Source of the DNA: Cyanophora paradoxa CCMP329
Taxonomy: Eukaryota; Plantae; Glaucophyta
Direction of reading: 5' to 3'
DNA length: 64,000 bases
Assembly: GCA_004431415.1 (NCBI GenBank)
Contig: QPMI01000439.1
Location: 372,001 to 436,000 of the forward strand
The position numbers and the translations under genes are program-made. The notes below the pieces were generated by a model. It ran no database searches. It saw only the letters and a list, made by a program, of their open reading frames with translations, and had not been told where the DNA came from. Positions 60,501 through 64,000 of the stretch are shown in pieces. How positions within the stretch are numbered: position 1 is the first letter of the stretch; each line of letters begins with the position of its first letter.

Positions 60501-63500
60501 TCCTCGTCCACGTCGACGTCGCCATCGCCGCGGAGCCGGCTGCCGATGGTCGAGATCTGCTCGAGCACGCCCACCTCCGGCGCGGCACCGCCGGCGCTGT
60601 CCACGACGCCGACGTCGCGGAGACCGAGGACCGCGTCTGTCTTGGGCCTAGGCTTCCCGCTCCCGCCGCCGCGCTCCTCCCTGTTGAGCGAGAAGAGGCA
60701 GCCCACAAGCTGCGAGAAGACGAGAAATTAAATTCCGGTTGTGTACTTCGAGTGAGCTCGGAGATCGATATCGAGGCGGCCGGAATCGCACTTCTCGTAC
60801 GGCTCGGAAGGCGTACATCTGCCGGAAGGGTTGTTTAGAGAACTACAGGGATCCAGAGCGAATTCTAGGCCAGCTCGCCTCTTGGGGAGCAGGGCGCATC
60901 AGCAGGACGGGGACGCCAGCTAAGGACGCCAGCCGTTCCGCCTCTGACACCATACAAGATTTGCCTGCGGAGCAAATAAGCTCCCTCGAGATCCGGCGTC
61001 AAATATGCAATTAAAATGCACTCGAACTCACCAATGCCCGCCTTGCCTTCAACAAAAAGCGTGCGGCCGGCGCCGCCCGTTCGGGCGCTGACGATTAGGT
61101 CGACAACCCGCTCCATTTCGGTTCGTCGTCCGTACACATTGCTTTCTGCCGACTCAAGCTGCGCATATAGTTGGGGAATATTGTCACGCATGCGATTCTT
61201 GAGCGCGTGCATATTATAAATTAGAAAATTAAAGCACCTGCTTGAGAAGCGTTTCCTGCAGATCCTGATCGTAATTACAGACGGCAGATGAGTCGGCCGC
61301 GCCGGCGCCGGCATTTGCCAAGTTTGGGGTCGCGCTGCGAATGCCGGCCCTAGCCGCAGCTGCAGCTGCAGCCTCCGCGGCCGCAGATAGGGCGGAAAGC
61401 GAGCCGGTTCCGGACCCCCCGCTCAGCCGGACGGAGACGCGGGGCGTGCTCCGGACCCGACTGGAGTCCCGAGACAGCGCCAAGGTCCTTCGCAGGTCCA
61501 GACATCCCATGGCCAACGGCTGATTGGCGATGGCCGCTGCAGCCATCGCGACTTCTTCAACGGCGCGGACCCTAACTGCAAATCGAGCGGCCTCGGAATC
61601 GTTCGACTCCTGCAGCACGCGTACGCGTACGCCGTCAATCAGTATTAGATATATGACGCTGGCAATCGGTGCGCTCTTTGCTGGACTCGCGCTCGAGCGC
61701 ACCGCCGACATGGGCGCGATCGAAATATCCGAGTCGCTTTCGGGAATGGCGCAGCGGGTCTCGAGCTCGTCGTCGATGCAGATGCCCCCGGCCGCACTCC
61801 TCATGAGACTGGCCGCCCGCTCGCACGCTTCGCCCACGCAGGCGAACTCGGCCCGGGAACCTTCCGCCACGAATCCGCAAACGGCTCTGCGCTGTTTCAG
61901 CGACGCAGTACTAATACTAGTGTCTGAGGCGGAAATATAAATTTGAAAGAGGGCGCACCTCGAGAACGAAATGCCGATGGACGCACGGCCCTGCAGAAAG
62001 CCGACGAATTTGAACCAATCCAATTTATTTTTATATTTCAATGGCAGGAAGCTGCAGTACAAAAAGCAGGCGGACCATGCCCTGGGAGATAGACCGTTTC
62101 TGGAACCGGACGGCCGCCTGAAACGCACTCCAAGCGTCCTGGCACGTTGCGGGCTCGCCGCAAGCGCCCCACTGCGACAAAGAAATGAACGAAAGAAAAG
62201 AGTTTTTCACATTATATATCGCACCGTCGCCAGGATGACGAGCCCCTCTTCGCTCGCGAGCGCCCCGCGGACGACGCCCCGTCCCTCGTCGATGAGGGCC
62301 GTCGCCAGGTCCACGGCGTCGTGCAGGCGGCGGCGCGAACTCTGCGCGCAGTGCCGCTGGATCGATCCGGGATCCTTTGAAAGTACACAGCGCATGCAAA
62401 TGCTAGCGAAACGAATTTCGAACCTCCCGGAAGGCGTCATCGGTCGACTCCAGGCCGTTTTCCGAGAAGCAGGTGATGTGCAGGCAAGCGCATACCACCT
62501 TTCGCAGCCCGCAAGTAGGCCTACGGACGCGTACGTCGACGTGCAAATGTTGAGGAATTTAAATTTACACAACAAACGCATTCAGCTGGAGGGACGCACC
62601 ACTCTCCGCTCTCCTCCATCGCGCGAAGGTCGCGCGGCAGCGCTTGGATGATGGAACGTCGCTCGAGTTCGTTTTCGGCCTCGGAAGCCGAAGCCGATCG
62701 CGATCGCGAGGAGGCACCGGCGCCAAACTTCGAGTCCTTTTGATCGTCGCCTACACTCAGCGGCAGGACGCGCGAGCCGTGCCTGAACGAGGCCCGGACC
62801 GCCTTGAGCGCGTCGATTACGAGGCTCCTCCGTCGCGTCGACACGCCGGCCGAGGCATTCGAATTCGACAGCGACCAGCGCGGCGTGCTGGACGGGCCGT
62901 GGCCAGGCTCGGCGCCGGCGCCGGCGCCGGCCGCGAGCTGCGGCATCTTGAAGAGGGCGTAGCCGTCGTGGTAGCGGACCCCGCCACTCCCTCCCATAGC
63001 GACGAGGCCATTGTCGGCGATTCGGGCCACCTGCCATGGCCACGAGTAATGAGAAATGTATGAGGGGCGAGTGATCATGATGATGGCGAGCTCGAGGGCG
63101 CCGGGACTCGGACCTCGGGTGCGAGGCAGAGGCAGCGCTGGCTGTGGTTCTGGACGAGGGCCGCGCACCGAGCCAACCGGGGCACGAAGCCGCCGATCAC
63201 AGCCACGCGGTTCGGCCCCAACGGAAGCGGGATGAGCTCCCCGGCCGCAATGGAGATTCTGCACGCAAGAAAGACAAATCAGACGTCCTTCCCAGTGAAT
63301 TATAATGAATACATTCCTATTAATATCTCGTGCAACCGAGTCGAACCGACGCACTTGAACTCCAACTGCACGTGTGCTTCTCCTGGAATCTCTAGATCGT
63401 GTTCAGGGCCGCTTGTTGGCGTGCCCACGCTTTCGGACAGAAGTGCGACCGCGAATCGCGTCGCGGTCCGGCAGGCCTCGTCCCGAGGGTCCGCCTGCGC

Positions 63501-64000
63501 CTGCACCCTCGCGTCGTCTGTGCTCGGGTAGAAACAGACCCACACAGCGTCGCCTGCTTGCGATGTGAAACAGGCTCTCAGCTGCAGATAATACAATATT
63601 GATGGAATAAAAAAAGCTGAGCTTGCCAAGGATTGATTGGACGTCGCCACCGAAAGATCTCGCGCATCGCACTATGGCTCCGGCACCAATTCGGACGCTG
63701 CGTACGCCAAAGCCGGCCTGTGCGTTGCCTCCCCCGAAAACCGTGCCTGCGCCTCCAGAGCAGATTCTGACGAGAACGACGGCGCCAACGCCCGGGGGGG
63801 CCGATCGGGATCGCGACGCTGCCTGGCCATGCATATGGACCGACGCCGTGTGCAATCGCGATCGGCTGCCGGCGCCGCCAGCGCCGCCAGCGCGAAACAG
63901 GCGCTCGAAATGGGAGCAAAGGCCCCATCCCGGCTGGTTGGACCAGCAGAGACGATTCTGCAGCTGGCCCCGGGCCAGCGGACGCGACAGCGTCGCAATC
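54600..64000 (-). CDS. ADCY10/sAC-like protein: twin class-III cyclase domains (degenerate) + STAND NTPase + TPR-like C-terminus; 5' end lies beyond the window
   Basis: C1: GAVVLVRICSG, IVRCARSFGGDVQSILG/DAVWVCF. C2: VCGFVAEGSRAEFACVGEACERAASLM..ICID. STAND: YGRRTEM..LFVEGKAGIG/KS (Walker A), ILLIDDL (Walker B), SGGSP, LDRVPPLPALVLKMCSALG. TPR-like: GRYGEALEHADRAL, ALFIKGIAHLLRGQASDAEKTF. Confidence 0.8.

Overview
GC-rich, intron-dense eukaryotic nuclear DNA. N-terminal Phe-type plastid transit peptides (MAFTV.., MAFVA.., MFATF.., MDTAF..) plus many short introns suggest a glaucophyte such as Cyanophora; this is inference. The window has two compartments. (1) 0.6-26.3 kb is a dense block of conserved genes, mostly head-to-head pairs: archease, DUF676 lipase-like, PHO80/U-type cyclin, TSET sigma-like subunit (TSPOON/LOLITA), Elongin C, plastid-targeted myo-inositol 2-dehydrogenase, a possible TBC-like protein, F-box/ZZ, DUF3598, a VOC/glyoxalase-family protein, RPA43 and an organellar Asn-tRNA synthetase. 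A hAT MITE with a perfect 8-bp TSD lies at 6.2-6.8 kb. (2) 26.3-64 kb is an accessory region: MITE/TE remnants, a ~4-kb segmental duplication carrying two genes, an F-box gene, a tandem SKP1/BTB-like locus, a BTB gene, and a 5'-truncated ADCY10-like cyclase-STAND-TPR gene whose cyclase sites look dead. The most unusual signals are: noncoding DNA apparently rewritten into locally uniform short palindromes (visible between repeat copies); frequent GC-AG introns; a 9-nt micro-exon giving AsnRS a twin presequence; and bidirectional promoters with ATGs only 37 and 67 bp apart. All exon structures were assembled by eye, so gene ends in the accessory region are approximate.
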